The notes: generated by a model from the sequence alone, not told the origin. A DNA stretch of 60,461 nt from an uncultured delta proteobacterium (GCA_963695875.1 CAVOID010000001.1:1-60461), one strand, 5' to 3'. Shown: positions 24,167 to 35,389, numbered from the stretch's first letter. A program made the numbers and translations.

Positions 24167-25860
24167 AAGAGATTCTCGCCCTGTTAAAGCCTCGTTTCTG
24201 GTCTCTTAAGAACGGTGGTTCTTCGAAAGACGCAAAAAACCGCAGATTAAAAGGGCTCCTGTTTGGTGCAGTCGGTCTAATTTTCTGGGCCGGAATATTT
24301 ATCATTTTTTATCGTATCCTGGCCTATTTTCAGGGTGTGGCGGAATTCGGCGATATCCTTGCTCGTAAGCTCATGTCAATGGTGCTCGTAACTTTATTTT
24401 CCCTGCTTATCTTCAGCAGTATAATCACATCTCTCACAAAGCTGTATCTCAGCAAAGACCTTGTTCTCGTTCACTCCATGCCTGTATCCACATCGAAGAT
24501 ATTTCTTGCCCGATGGTTTGAGAGCACTCTCGACAGTTCATGGATGGTAATTATATACAGTCTGCCGGTATTTCTGTCCTACGGCGTTGTATATAAGGCA
24601 GGTTTGTTTTTTTATACTATAGTCTGCTTGACGATCTTGCCACTTTGCCTGATTGCCTCAGGTGTCAGTGCCCTCGTCGTCGTTATGGTTGCTGTGTTTC
24701 TTCCGGCAGGCCGTCTCAGGACTTTCTTTGTTTTTTTAGGTTTTGTATTATTTGTGATTCTGATTATGGCATTTCGTTTGATAAGGCCTGAACGTCTTGT
24801 CAATCCGGACGCCTTTACCTCTGTTATTCTCTATTTGAAATCACTTGAGACACCGGGATCACCCTTTCTTCCGACAACGTGGATATTCGATAGTATACAG
24901 GCGGCCCTTACAGGATTGATGAGCAGCGCCATCTTCGATTTGATCCTTACATGGAGTTTTACAGTCACATTGATCTTCGTAATAACCTGGATTTCGGGGG
25001 TTACGTATTTCACCGGTTACTCGAAGGCACAGACGACAGCTGGGCGGCTGTTTCCTTTTCGCGGCCCGAGGGGCAGAAGGTCGGCGTATATACTTAATCA
25101 TTTGTCGGGTCCGGCGAGAGCCTTCGTCGTGAAGGAAATTAAGACTTTTTTTAGGGATCAGACCCAGTGGCCCCAGATATTCCTCATTGTTGCCCTGATT
25201 GCCGTATATCTTTATAACTTTTCCGTCCTGCCCTTTACGAAATCTCCTATAGGAACCATATACCTTCAGAATCTCTTCTCATTTTTAAACATGGGTCTTG
25301 CGACGTTCGTTCTCACGGCTGTTGCGGCACGCTTCGTCTATCCAGCTGTGAGTATCGAAGGGGAGGCTTTCTGGATCGTAAGGTCATCGCCTATTCAGAT
25401 ACGGACGCTTCTCTGGATCAAATTCGCCGTTTATTATTTACCGCTGCTTCTTCTTGCTGAGATTCTTATTGTTGTCTCCAACATACTCCTCCATGTTGCG
25501 CCGTTTATGATGGTTCTGTCCGTCACGACTGTTTTTTTCATGGTTCCGGGGATTGTCTCCATGGGGGTTGGTTTTGGCGCCGCTTATCCTGCTTTTCAAT
25601 CTGAAAATCCGGCACAGTCTGTAACAAGCTTCGGAGGTCTGCTATTTATGATTATTTGTGCTGGTTTCATAGCAACTGTTATTGTTCTTGAAGCGGGGCC
25701 GGTCTATTCAATCTTTATGGCAGGAATTCACAGAGTAAGTCTGTCTCCGCTTCAGTTGATATGGCTTGCCGGTTCATTTTCTCTGGTTCTCCTTCTTTGT
25801 GTTCTTGCGGTTATTGCGCCCATGCGCTGGGGAGAGCGGTGCTTGAGCAGAAATGCGTAG
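24163..25860 (+). CDS. ABC-2-type permease
   Basis: Many TM segments, KEIKTFFRD, SIEGEAFW; ATGA overlap with the ATPase gene. Confidence 0.85.
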   Translation: MKEILALLKPRFWSLKNGGSSKDAKNRRLKGLLFGAVGLIFWAGIFIIFYRILAYFQGVAEFGDILARKLMSMVLVTLFSLLIFSSIITSLTKLYLSKDLVLVHSMPVSTSKIFLARWFESTLDSSWMVIIYSLPVFLSYGVVYKAGLFFYTIVCLTILPLCLIASGVSALVVVMVAVFLPAGRLRTFFVFLGFVLFVILIMAFRLIRPERLVNPDAFTSVILYLKSLETPGSPFLPTTWIFDSIQAALTGLMSSAIFDLILTWSFTVTLIFVITWISGVTYFTGYSKAQTTAGRLFPFRGPRGRRSAYILNHLSGPARAFVVKEIKTFFRDQTQWPQIFLIVALIAVYLYNFSVLPFTKSPIGTIYLQNLFSFLNMGLATFVLTAVAARFVYPAVSIEGEAFWIVRSSPIQIRTLLWIKFAVYYLPLLLLAEILIVVSNILLHVAPFMMVLSVTTVFFMVPGIVSMGVGFGAAYPAFQSENPAQSVTSFGGLLFMIICAGFIATVIVLEAGPVYSIFMAGIHRVSLSPLQLIWLAGSFSLVLLLCVLAVIAPMRWGERCLSRNA

Positions 25861-25865
25861 ATGTG

Positions 25866-26540
25866 TTATGTTAGTATTACCCACAGGATGGCATATAGAA
25901 GTGCAGGCAGAAAGTTTCCGACTTTTATTTTTGTGAGTCCCAGCACGTTAGTTCCGATGCCTAAGATCAGCAGGCCCCCCGAAGCTGTGACCGCATCAAG
26001 CACATCAGGATTTTGCATGAAGAGAAGTTTTGAAGCCAGGAGGGTGATGGAGCCCTGGACGAGTAGAACGGATAGTGCTGAAAATGCCACGCCGATACCA
26101 AGGGTGGAAGAAAGGGCAACAGATGCAACCCCGTCAAGCAGCGCCTTGGTGTAGAGTGTGCTTGCATCTCCCATGGTGCCGTCCTGTATGGATCCGACAA
26201 TCATCATGGCACCCGTCAGGTAGAGAACTGAAGCGGATACAAACCCCTGCACGAAAGTCGATGAATCGGACCTGGCACGCGTCTTCAGCCATTCTCCCAG
26301 GCGCTCAGTTCCCTGTTCTATTTTGATTAATTCGCCGGTGATTGCACCAAGCAGAACACATCCGATGGTGACGATCGGATCCTTGCCAGAAAGCGCCATT
26401 TTGAGGCCTATAAGTATCACTGAAAGACCCAAAGCCTGTACAACTATTGTCTTGATTCTCTCCGGTAAGAATTTCCCTGCGGAAATACCAATAAAACTTC
26501 CGGCGAGAATGGCCCCCGTGTTTACAATCGTTCCGGTCAA
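25866..26540 (-). CDS. DUF554 (YdfK-like) membrane protein
   Basis: GTIVN, GAMMIVGSIQDG, KALLDG, NFLPAL. Confidence 0.88.
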   Translation of the reverse strand: MTGTIVNTGAILAGSFIGISAGKFLPERIKTIVVQALGLSVILIGLKMALSGKDPIVTIGCVLLGAITGELIKIEQGTERLGEWLKTRARSDSSTFVQGFVSASVLYLTGAMMIVGSIQDGTMGDASTLYTKALLDGVASVALSSTLGIGVAFSALSVLLVQGSITLLASKLLFMQNPDVLDAVTASGGLLILGIGTNVLGLTKIKVGNFLPALLYAILWVILT

Positions 26541-26624
26541 GAATAACCCTGTTCAGTTTCTTTCTGTGGTATGTTAATAAAGGCAGGAAAGGCGTACGGC
26601 CTTCTTTAATGCCAAGCTACTATC

Positions 26625-27428
26625 TTATCTGCCCATAAATTTTGGTTGACGTTTCTCAAACATCGCCGACAGAGCCTCCATGTGATCTTCGGTATAATGA
26701 CAAAGAGACTGGAACGCGGCAGCTTCCTCCATGATATGAACGAGCGTTGAGTGTTGACCTGTACGTATAAGCCGTTTTGTCATTCTCAGGGCCTGAGGTG
26801 GTTTGGATGCAATGTTCACTGCGATCTCATTGGCCTTTGCCAATAGTTGTTCATGCTCAACAATATAATTTATAAGTCCAACGCTCAAGGCGGTATCGGC
26901 ATCGATGGTAGCGCCCGTGAAAATAAGTTCACATGCCTTGGCCATACCTATTGTCCGGGGCAGGGTAAATGCGCTGCCATCCCCGGTGACAAGTCCAACA
27001 TTGAGAAAAGTTTCGCCAAATGTGGCCTTCCTTGATGCGACCCGTATATCACACATGAGGGCAAGACCGCAGCCTGCACCGACAGCGGAACCGTTGACGG
27101 CGGCGATGGTGGGAACCTCCACATTATAGACCGTAAGAAGGACTTCCTGAAGATTACTTCGGTATTTTTCCATAATCTCGGCGGGGGTACCTTGAAACAT
27201 GCCCGTTCTGTCCTTCATATCTTTCACGTTCCCACCGGAAGAGTAAGCAGGATCAACAGCAGTGACAATGAGTGCTTTAACATTGAGATCCTCATTCACC
27301 TGTTTGCAGACGGACTTGATCTCTTCAATAATCTCGCGGTGTGTGATGGCATTCCTGATATCGGGGCGGTTAAGGGTTATTGTCGCGATACCATGATCAA
27401 TTTGAAACAGGATTTCCTTATATTCCAT
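26625..27428 (-). CDS. Enoyl-CoA hydratase/isomerase family
   Basis: ITLNRP, SSGGNV, PTIAAVNG.AVGAG, CDIR. Confidence 0.9.
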   Translation of the reverse strand: MEYKEILFQIDHGIATITLNRPDIRNAITHREIIEEIKSVCKQVNEDLNVKALIVTAVDPAYSSGGNVKDMKDRTGMFQGTPAEIMEKYRSNLQEVLLTVYNVEVPTIAAVNGSAVGAGCGLALMCDIRVASRKATFGETFLNVGLVTGDGSAFTLPRTIGMAKACELIFTGATIDADTALSVGLINYIVEHEQLLAKANEIAVNIASKPPQALRMTKRLIRTGQHSTLVHIMEEAAAFQSLCHYTEDHMEALSAMFEKRQPKFMGR

Positions 27429-27630
27429 TGTTCACCTCCATCGTTTCTCGTAATGTTGAAAATTATTGTCTTTCTATACCTTTTTGGGATGATTCTCAAT
27501 CAGATATTTCTTTATACTATAATTTTAACAGGAAACGCATTGAAAAATTAGCCTTTTTATACCCCGATATTTATGTTAATAAAAAAGCCTTTTTGGGATT
27601 TCTTTCTTTGGATTATAGGGTTGTAAAGTA

Positions 27631-28362
27631 ATGAAAGCAGTCTTCTTGTCCGACACCCATTTGAAGAATCAGGGTGATGATAGTTACCGCAGCTTAATCC
27701 GATTTTTAGAATCCATCGGGAATCATGCTGATGATCTGTTTATCCTGGGAGACTTATTTGATTTCTGGTTCTGCCGGGATAGTCATATCTACCCGGAATT
27801 TAAGGCTGTAATAGAAAGACTTGTTGATCTCAAGAGGCAGGGGACTCGTATCTTCCTGTTTGAGGGCAACCACGATTTTTTTCTTGGAGATTATTTTACG
27901 AAAATCCACGGAATATCAGTATTTACAGAATGGGCTGATATTAAGCTGGATGAAATGCGTGTACTTATGTCCCATGGGGATACCGTAGACAGGGCCAACA
28001 AGAAATATCTTTTCTTAAGAAAGCTCTTAAGGAGCAGGCTGTTTTACAAACTGCAAGGCAGTCTTCCTCCGCTTATTCTCTGGGAAATTGCCAGACTGAG
28101 TTCCACTGTAAGTAAGGAACTCTCAACTGCCTCGGCGGATTTATTGGCAGGGAAAATGGAGGTTTTTTCCCTGGGAAAATTTCAAGAAGGTTATGATGCC
28201 GTCATCCTCGGTCATTGTCATAAACCGTTATTAAAAGAATATGTAATTGAGGGGCGAAAAAAAACCTTTGTATCTGTGGGTGAATGGAGGAAATACCGTT
28301 CTTATCTTTATTATGATAACGGTCGCTTCACATTGTCATATTATGAACCGGTTTCTTCATAA
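27631..28362 (+). CDS. lpxH: UDP-2,3-diacylglucosamine hydrolase
   Basis: SDTH, GDLFDFW, GNHD, SHGD, GHCH. Confidence 0.85.
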   Translation: MKAVFLSDTHLKNQGDDSYRSLIRFLESIGNHADDLFILGDLFDFWFCRDSHIYPEFKAVIERLVDLKRQGTRIFLFEGNHDFFLGDYFTKIHGISVFTEWADIKLDEMRVLMSHGDTVDRANKKYLFLRKLLRSRLFYKLQGSLPPLILWEIARLSSTVSKELSTASADLLAGKMEVFSLGKFQEGYDAVILGHCHKPLLKEYVIEGRKKTFVSVGEWRKYRSYLYYDNGRFTLSYYEPVSS

Positions 28363-28474
28363 AAAGGACGGGGATCGGATCGACGTATTTCAGAATACAA
28401 GTGACGAAGTTAAGCAAATATGTTAGCTAAACAAGATTCAAGTTTTATTATGTCCATTTTTTTGAGGGGTATTA

Positions 28475-29343
28475 ATGAATTTTGGAGGGGTTGATCCCGC
28501 ATATCCAACGTTCGAAGAGGCAGCGTTCATAGTTATCCCTATTCCCTATGACCTGACGTCGACATATCAGTCCGGGTCAAGGAGAGGTCCTCACGCCATT
28601 CTGGAAGCATCGGGCAATATGGAGCTTTATGATGAGGAGCTCTGCAAAGAGACATATCTTGCGGGCATCTATACCCTGCCGCCGCTGGAGTCCGATGCCC
28701 GGGGGCCGGCCGAGATGGTAAATATTATACACCATGCAATTGCCGATATACTCAAACATAACAAAATCCCGGTTATTCTGGGGGGGAGCACAGTATCTCT
28801 TTTGGCGTGGTAAAGGCCATGAAGGAGAAATACACCAAAATATCGGTACTCCAGCTTGATGCGCACGCCGATCTGAGGAATTATTATCAATGCAGTCCCT
28901 ATGGCCATGCGTCTGTCGGGCGTCGCATATCCGAACTATGCCCTCTGGTTCAGGCTGGGATCAGGAGTATGAGTGCAGAAGAGGCCGATTTTTTAAAGAC
29001 CGGCAATGTTAAGCAATTCAGTGCGGATTTTATCCTTGAAGAACAAAACGGATGGCAAAAAATTTGTGAAAATCTGAGCGGTGATGTCTATATTACCATT
29101 GACATCGATGTTCTTGATCCTTCTGTCATGCCGGCTACCGGCACTCCGGAACCAGGTGGCATTTATTGGAAGGGTCTTCTCCGTATTATCAGAGAGGTAT
29201 CAAAACGTTGCCGGGTGCGGGGCTTTGATTTAGTTGAGCTGTCACCCATACCCGGTATGGTTGCCCCCGACTTTCTCACCGCGAAGTTAGTCTATCGAAT
29301 TATGGGTTATCTGACGGAAGCGAAGTCGTCAGGCAAAGTATAG
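28475..29343 (+). CDS. speB: Agmatinase (frameshift in the G-run near 28780)
   Basis: PYDLTSTY, GGEH after correcting the frame, DAHAD, DIDVLDP, TGTPEPGG. Confidence 0.9.
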
Positions 29344-29354
29344 TACCAGTTTTT

Positions 29355-29380
29355 GTGGACAGGCGTGACGCCTGTCCTGC
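29355..29380. repeat. REP-like palindrome GGACAGGC-N5-GCCTGTCC
   Basis: Same family at 47075-47101 (GTAGGACAGGCATCTCGCCTGTCCTA) and 49140-49158. Confidence 0.7.
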
Positions 29381-29452
29381 AATTCCTTCGGTCGTGATTC
29401 TCACCCGACTTATTATTTTAGACGAACTCGTATAAGCACAGGAAGTGGGCAT

Positions 29453-31673
29453 ATGTTTCTTGACAACCTGCGAACGTCATACACCTATGTTATCTTTCCT
29501 GCCTTCAGTTTTTTCATCCTCACTTTTCTGACCCTCGTTTCTCTTTTAAGAGGCAGGAGAAACCCCACAAACATTTTGTTCGCGGCGATCTGCCTTATAG
29601 GGGCATTGATAAATGCTGATGGGTTCTTAGTTACGATTCTTCCGGATAAGACCCTTGCTCTCGCGGTCGACAGGGGGCTCCATTTTTTCTTTGTCTTCAC
29701 TCCACCTATCTATATCTCGTTTATTCATTCATTGCTGGGCATTTCGGGGCGAAGATGGCTGGTGCATATTTCCTTAATCTTTAGCCTTGCTTTAGCCTAC
29801 TTTGTCCCTTCGGATCTTTTTATAAGCGGCATTCAATATTATGATTTCGGGCCCATCGCTAAAGCCGGCCCGGCCTACTATCTGTTTTCCATAATTGCCG
29901 GTTTGCTGGTATTTTATGGTCTCATCACGCTTTTCATGGGTATGCGGAAGGCAAAAGATAACCAGCAGAGAAACCGGATTAAGTATATCCTCGGTGGCAT
30001 AGGGCTCGCTTCATCGCTTATTGCCTCGAATGTATTGACAATATGTGGTCTTAACATACCTCCCATGGCAAATTTCAACTTTATCCCGGCTGTCTTTTTG
30101 GCTTACTGGGTTCTGAAATATGATCTCTTGGACATGGGTGCCATGATCAGAAGGGGGACAATCTATTTTATTCTGACGGGCATTCTGACGACCCTTTATA
30201 TATTGATCATTTACCTCTTTAATGCCGTATTTATGATGTCCGGCTATAATGAATACCTGCTTTTACCCCTGGTTCTGGCTTTGCTGATTGTCCTTTTATT
30301 CAATCCACTGCATCAGAAAGTGCAGAGATTGATTGATAAAGTTTTTTTCCGGGGAAGATATGACTATCAAAAGCTTCTGAAGGAGATAAGTGGAGCAATG
30401 GCCTCTCTCCTGAAATTCGATCAGATAAAAGATCTTTTGCTTAAGTCAATCTCTCAAGCCCTTGCAGGTTACTCATGTTTGTCTGATCGTATATGACGAT
30501 AATCAGGGGTACTTTCAGCTTTTCTCTAACGACCGTGAATGTTTTAACGAAAAAGATCAAAATTTATTGGATAACAAGCATCCAGTCATTGCGCTTCTTG
30601 AAAATACCGGGAAACCACTGAACAAAAATATTGTTGAGAAAACGACGTATCGTCTGGATGAAAGAGATCAGATATTTTCTATATTCGATATATTACATGC
30701 AGCTCTGATAGTTCCGATGATTTCCGAAACTAAATTGATCGGTATGATTGTACTCGGGCAGAAGAAATCGGGAGAATTGTTTGTTCATGAGGATCTGGAG
30801 CTTTTAACTACTATTGCAAATCAAAGTGTTACGGCTCTTGAAAACGCTAAATCATATGAGGAGATTGAAAAGCTGAACCGGGATCTGGAGAAAAAGGTGG
30901 AAGAGAGGACGGCCGACCTGCGTCAGGCCCTGGAAGAGAAAGAGAGAACCCAGAGGCAGCTTATTCAATCGGAAAGCCTTGCCGCAATCGGTCAGTTGGT
31001 TGCCGGGACGGCACATGAACTGAATAATCCCTTGGCCAGTGCATCAAGTCTCATTCAAACAAGTGTAGAATCTGTTGATGAATGGGAGGTTAAAGATGGG
31101 AACCGGGATGAGGTAATAAATGATCTTGCATTTGCATTAAAGGAATTGAAGCGGGCTGGTGATATTGTGAGGAGTTTGCTCGATCTTTCCCGGCAGTCCC
31201 AGGTCTATGTCGAGCCCGTTGACATTAACGTTGCTATTGATGACGCCTTGAGGGTTTTGTATAATCAGTATAAACATCTTCAGATAGAAATTGAGAAAAG
31301 GTACGATGCCGATCTACCTGTTGTGGAGGGTAATTTCGCCAACCTTGGTCAGGTATTTATCAATGTCATTAAGAATGCCATAGAGGCATTGGGCAATGGG
31401 CATGGGAAGCTAACCATGGTGACCAGGTATGATGACACGGAAAGAGTTTTAATTGAATGCAGGGATAATGGGAAAGGTATTCCAGATGACCATCTGAATA
31501 ACATATTCAAGCCATTTTTTACGACCAAAGCAGTTGGCAAAGGAACAGGGTTGGGTCTTTATATATCGCATGAGATTGTCAAAAGACACGGCGGAAATAT
31601 TCATGTGGAGAGTAAGGAAGGTGAAGGCTCGGTCTTTTTAATAGAACTTCCTTGCAAACAGGGAGGAAGGTGA
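29453..31673 (+). CDS. Membrane (HisKA-7TM type) GAF histidine kinase (frameshift near 30465)
   Basis: TM block, [12 protein letters not shown] box, DNGKG, FFTTK, GTGLGL. Confidence 0.88.
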
Positions 31674-31681
31674 AAAATACC

Positions 31682-31710
31682 TTGACAAAGCGGGGGTGTT
31701 GATTTACAAA
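31682..31710 (+). promoter_or_regulatory. Sigma70 promoter of tRNA-fMet
   Basis: TTGACA-17 bp-TACAAA. Confidence 0.55.
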
Positions 31711-31736
31711 ACTAACCTTCTTTTTAAATCAAATGA

Positions 31737-31813
<77 letters not shown>

Positions 31814-32293
31814 AAATAAATCAAGGGGTTAGCTGAAAAAGTTGACCTCTTATTTTTTTGATTTCTACCCTATTTATATCCATTTCCAACCCAAGGACTG
31901 AGAATTAGTCGAACATACACAACATCGATTACCAGTTATAAGCTTCTATCATAAATTATATGAAGCTAAACAATGGTCAATTTATCTTGTCCTTCTTCTG
32001 ATACTAGTTTTAAGTCGTATTATCCCTGTAATAATTTAGAAATCTTTTTTCTGGTAAATCCGATTTTTAAATGTATATTTTTGTAAAAGCTTATTTCTTA
32101 CAATATTTATACTTATAGCTTTAAATTCTTTTCTTTTTTGCTTGACAAGCACAATATGTTGTGGAATAAAGCTCAAACTATACTATATATTGAAGCATTT
32201 AAATATTGATTAAAAGCTTGCATAACTGCTTACTGAACTCAAACAACATAAAGAACAACAATTATACTGAACACGGATTTTATCGGTGGCGCT

Positions 32294-33451
32294 ATGAAGG
32301 TACCTGGATTAAATTACGGAAAGCTAACTGAGTTTTTCCTGAGACCATCGAACGCAAGTATGGAACAGGTAACTGAAGTAGATGTTGCCTTTTATAGTGC
32401 ACCCCATTTTCACCATATGCTCCGAATCGAGCGGAGAAGAACGGAGCGATCCAAAAAGCCCTTCCTTGTCATGCTTCTTGACATTTCAGGACTGAATACA
32501 AGACACAACGGTTACGTATATGAGAAAATAAAACCGATTCTCACATCCTGTTCAAGGGAAACAGATATAAGAGGATGGTATGAACATAATAAGGCTATGG
32601 GTGTAATCTTCACAGAAGTGGCTTCTGTCGATGCAAACTCGATAGAAAGAATCGTCCAAAAGCTCCGTAAAGGGATTAGTAAGACACTCGATGCAGAGGA
32701 AATAAAAAGGATCAAAGTATCCTTCCATGTATTTCCTGAGGAAACCGTAAATTCCACAATCAACGATAGACTATTCAATATAATTCTCTATCCGGATCTT
32801 TCAAAGACGAATGTTTCCAGACAGGCTACATCATCCATAAAGATGCTTATGGATATTACGGGAAGCTTACTTGCCCTTCTGCTTTTTTCCCCGATCCTCC
32901 TAATCATTGCGGCAGCGATCAAAATGACCTCAGAAGGACCTGTTTTTTTCAAGCAGGAAAGGATGGGGCTTAATGGTGAGACATTCACCTTCCTAAAATT
33001 CCGCTCCATGTATACGAACAGCGATCATAACCGCCACAAGGATTATATTAAAAAACTTATCAAAGAGGGCAAAGATGACGCGAATGCACCGGGTGTTTAT
33101 AAATTAAGCAATGACCCGCGCATTACGCCTTTCGGCGGGTTCCTGAGAAAGACCAGTCTCGATGAACTCCCGCAGTTCATCAATGTACTGAAGGGTGAGA
33201 TGTCACTTGTAGGGCCAAGACCTCCCATTCCTTACGAGTGTGAACTATACGATATCTGGCACAGGCGCAGGTTATTCTCTGTTAAGCCAGGGATCACAGG
33301 GCTGTGGCAGGTTACAGGCAGGAGCAGAACCACGTTTGATGAAATGGTGCGACTCGACCTCAAATACATAAATGAGTGGTCGCTGTGGCTTGATATCAAG
33401 CTTCTACTCAAGACCCCATGGGTAATTCTAACCGGCAAGGGAGCATATTGA
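32294..33451 (+). CDS. Priming sugar (phosphoglycosyl) transferase with a degenerate GGDEF-like N-terminal domain
   Basis: GPVFFKQER, KFRSM, DPRIT, LDELPQ, MSLVGPRP, KPGITG. Confidence 0.92.
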   Translation: MKVPGLNYGKLTEFFLRPSNASMEQVTEVDVAFYSAPHFHHMLRIERRRTERSKKPFLVMLLDISGLNTRHNGYVYEKIKPILTSCSRETDIRGWYEHNKAMGVIFTEVASVDANSIERIVQKLRKGISKTLDAEEIKRIKVSFHVFPEETVNSTINDRLFNIILYPDLSKTNVSRQATSSIKMLMDITGSLLALLLFSPILLIIAAAIKMTSEGPVFFKQERMGLNGETFTFLKFRSMYTNSDHNRHKDYIKKLIKEGKDDANAPGVYKLSNDPRITPFGGFLRKTSLDELPQFINVLKGEMSLVGPRPPIPYECELYDIWHRRRLFSVKPGITGLWQVTGRSRTTFDEMVRLDLKYINEWSLWLDIKLLLKTPWVILTGKGAY

Positions 33452-33469
33452 AGGAAATTTATGTGATTC

Positions 33470-33535
33470 ATGATCGCTTTTTTGGGCCTTGGTCTGATCG
33501 CGATTGCAGGAATCATGAGAAAATTTAAGATTTAG
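33470..33535 (+). pseudogene. Orphan PEP-CTERM-like tail (MIAFLGLGLIAIAGIMRKFKI)
   Basis: LGLGL..AG..RK TM-plus-basic pattern typical of PEP-CTERM; no VPEP or upstream domain. Confidence 0.45.
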
Positions 33536-33556
33536 ATTAAATGTAAATATCAAAAC

Positions 33557-33587
33557 AAAAGGCAGGGTCAAATTGGCTCTGCCTTTT
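33557..33587. terminator. Bidirectional intrinsic terminator
   Basis: AAAAGGCAGGGTCA-AAT-TGGCTCTGCCTTTT between convergent genes; near-identical copy at 34301-34328. Confidence 0.65.
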
Positions 33588-33714
33588 CATTTTGGTATGT
33601 CCACTAAATCGGGGGGGGACCGGAAAGTAATCAACACTGAACCTGGCATTGTTACCAGTCTGTAAGGTCAAAACTTAACTTTTGCAAGTGAGCACCATCA
33701 ACGAGATTTACCTA

Positions 33715-34002
33715 TTAATAAAAATTAAAAATGATGATTAATGCCCATAATGGCAAACTAAACAAAGTGGCGAGGAATATTCCCTTCTGGGTATTAGCAA
33801 ATTCCATGTACCTATCTGAATTTCTTCTCAAAATAATGACATTTCCTTGATCTTTTCGGCTTCTCCTATCTTGTCCACTTCTGCGTTCTTGATTGGATCT
33901 TCTTTCAGGGACGGATACGGGGATAAAAACTCTTCGTCTATCAATACCTGAACGTCTACCCCATCTATCTAATTTTTCAGGAATCGAATTAGCACACTGC
34001 AT
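33715..34002 (-). CDS. Small protein with [DE]RR repeats and a C-terminal TM helix
   Basis: RRSGIDRR, ERRSNQERRSGQDRR, then a hydrophobic tail. Confidence 0.7.
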   Translation of the reverse strand: MQCANSIPEKLDRWGRRSGIDRRRVFIPVSVPERRSNQERRSGQDRRSRKDQGNVIILRRNSDRYMEFANTQKGIFLATLFSLPLWALIIIFNFY

Positions 34003-34405
34003 TTCAAACTACCCTTAATCAATTCAGATCGTGAATTGATATCTGAAATAATTCGACATTTTTAACAGCAAATCGTTACAGTAATATTGATTAATGTCAA
34101 GTATTTTATATAAATATTGCTTAATTTTGCATAATTTTAATAATTTTCCCCATTGTTTCCACAATTTTCGCTTTATTCCAATTGGGACACTAAAAGGGTT
34201 TGTACCCTTTGTTCTATACTATGCCCATGAGTCTTTCTCTGGGCCTCACTTGGATAATTTGTGCAAGTTCAATAATTATTTTTTGAATGGCCTATAAGGC
34301 AAGGCAGGGTCAAAAATGGCTCTGCCTTTATTGTTGGCTAATGTTTGATTACTATCGATCGAAATGTTGGATTAAGAAGCAAAATATGGAAATGAGATTA
34401 CAGTC

Positions 34406-34519
34406 AATGAGAAGTTTAGTTATCTCTCCCGGGTCTGCCTCGGCTATGGCATGGGCAGATGGGAACGGACCTAAAAGCTTCAGAATAGACTCTGTAAAAA
34501 TGCCCGTCAGTTTCTCCAG
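34406..34519 (-). pseudogene. IS110-family transposase internal fragment
   Basis: Manual translation LEKLTGIFTESILKLLGPFPSAHAIAEADPGEITKLLI resembles the IS110 region (FPE)LE...LL..[YF]PS...IA. Confidence 0.55.
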
Positions 34520-35389
34520 TCGTGCAAAGTTGTCAAAACCCGCAAATTAGAATCTTCATCTACCGTTTAATCGGGCTTGCGCACACCGTGGCTAGTAAAA
34601 TAACTGCCATCGGTTATTCTAAGTTGAGATATACGGATGGGGACTTTATTTTCATGAGGCAACCAATGTTGGCCCCGTCAGGAGCAGCACTTGGGATTGG
34701 AAGTTTTTTCAAAGAGTATCTTGTGCTATCATTTCGATTATAAAACGATAAATTTCTGCGGTAAGAAGGTTTCTCCATGGCCTCAATGTTAAAATTCTGG
34801 CTGATCTTTAAACTCGTCTGGATCGAGAGGATGTAATAGAACCGGATTCTACCTGCATCATATGTAGCATAAGTTACATCACGAGTTCCCGTAAACACCC
34901 TGTTTTGACTCGCAAAATTAAAAGCTTGCTGATATGTTTCAATGAGGTCAATTAAAAATACTGGAACAGCAGTTCGTTGTTGGTAGAGGACAAATGTTTA
35001 GACAGTGTACGACCACAAATAAAGTATCATGAAAATTTCAGTCAGAGTAATATTTATGACACAGGATGACTTTTAAGTTCATATGGGAACAAGATGCCTG
35101 CATACCAGGGGAAAGGATTTCGAAAAAGATAATGTATTTAATGACATTTATCTTTTTTTATGCTAATTAAATAAGTTATTATTCCGCTTAACTCTTAATT
35201 ATTTTCTGTTGAGGGCTTTTAAAAGTGCCCATTTCATCAATTTTGCTTACGGGAAAAATCTTATGAGCTTTGGAAAATGTAAGATTACAACATACATTTG
35301 CTCTTAGTTATAGTATTTGGTATAAATTTTGAATATTTTCTGTTATTTCTGGAGCAATAACGGAGACAGGCATCTGACGTACCAATTGA

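Noticed and set aside
34614..34898. 94-aa ORF upstream of gspC
   Set aside because: No motif or clear RBS; probably decayed sequence
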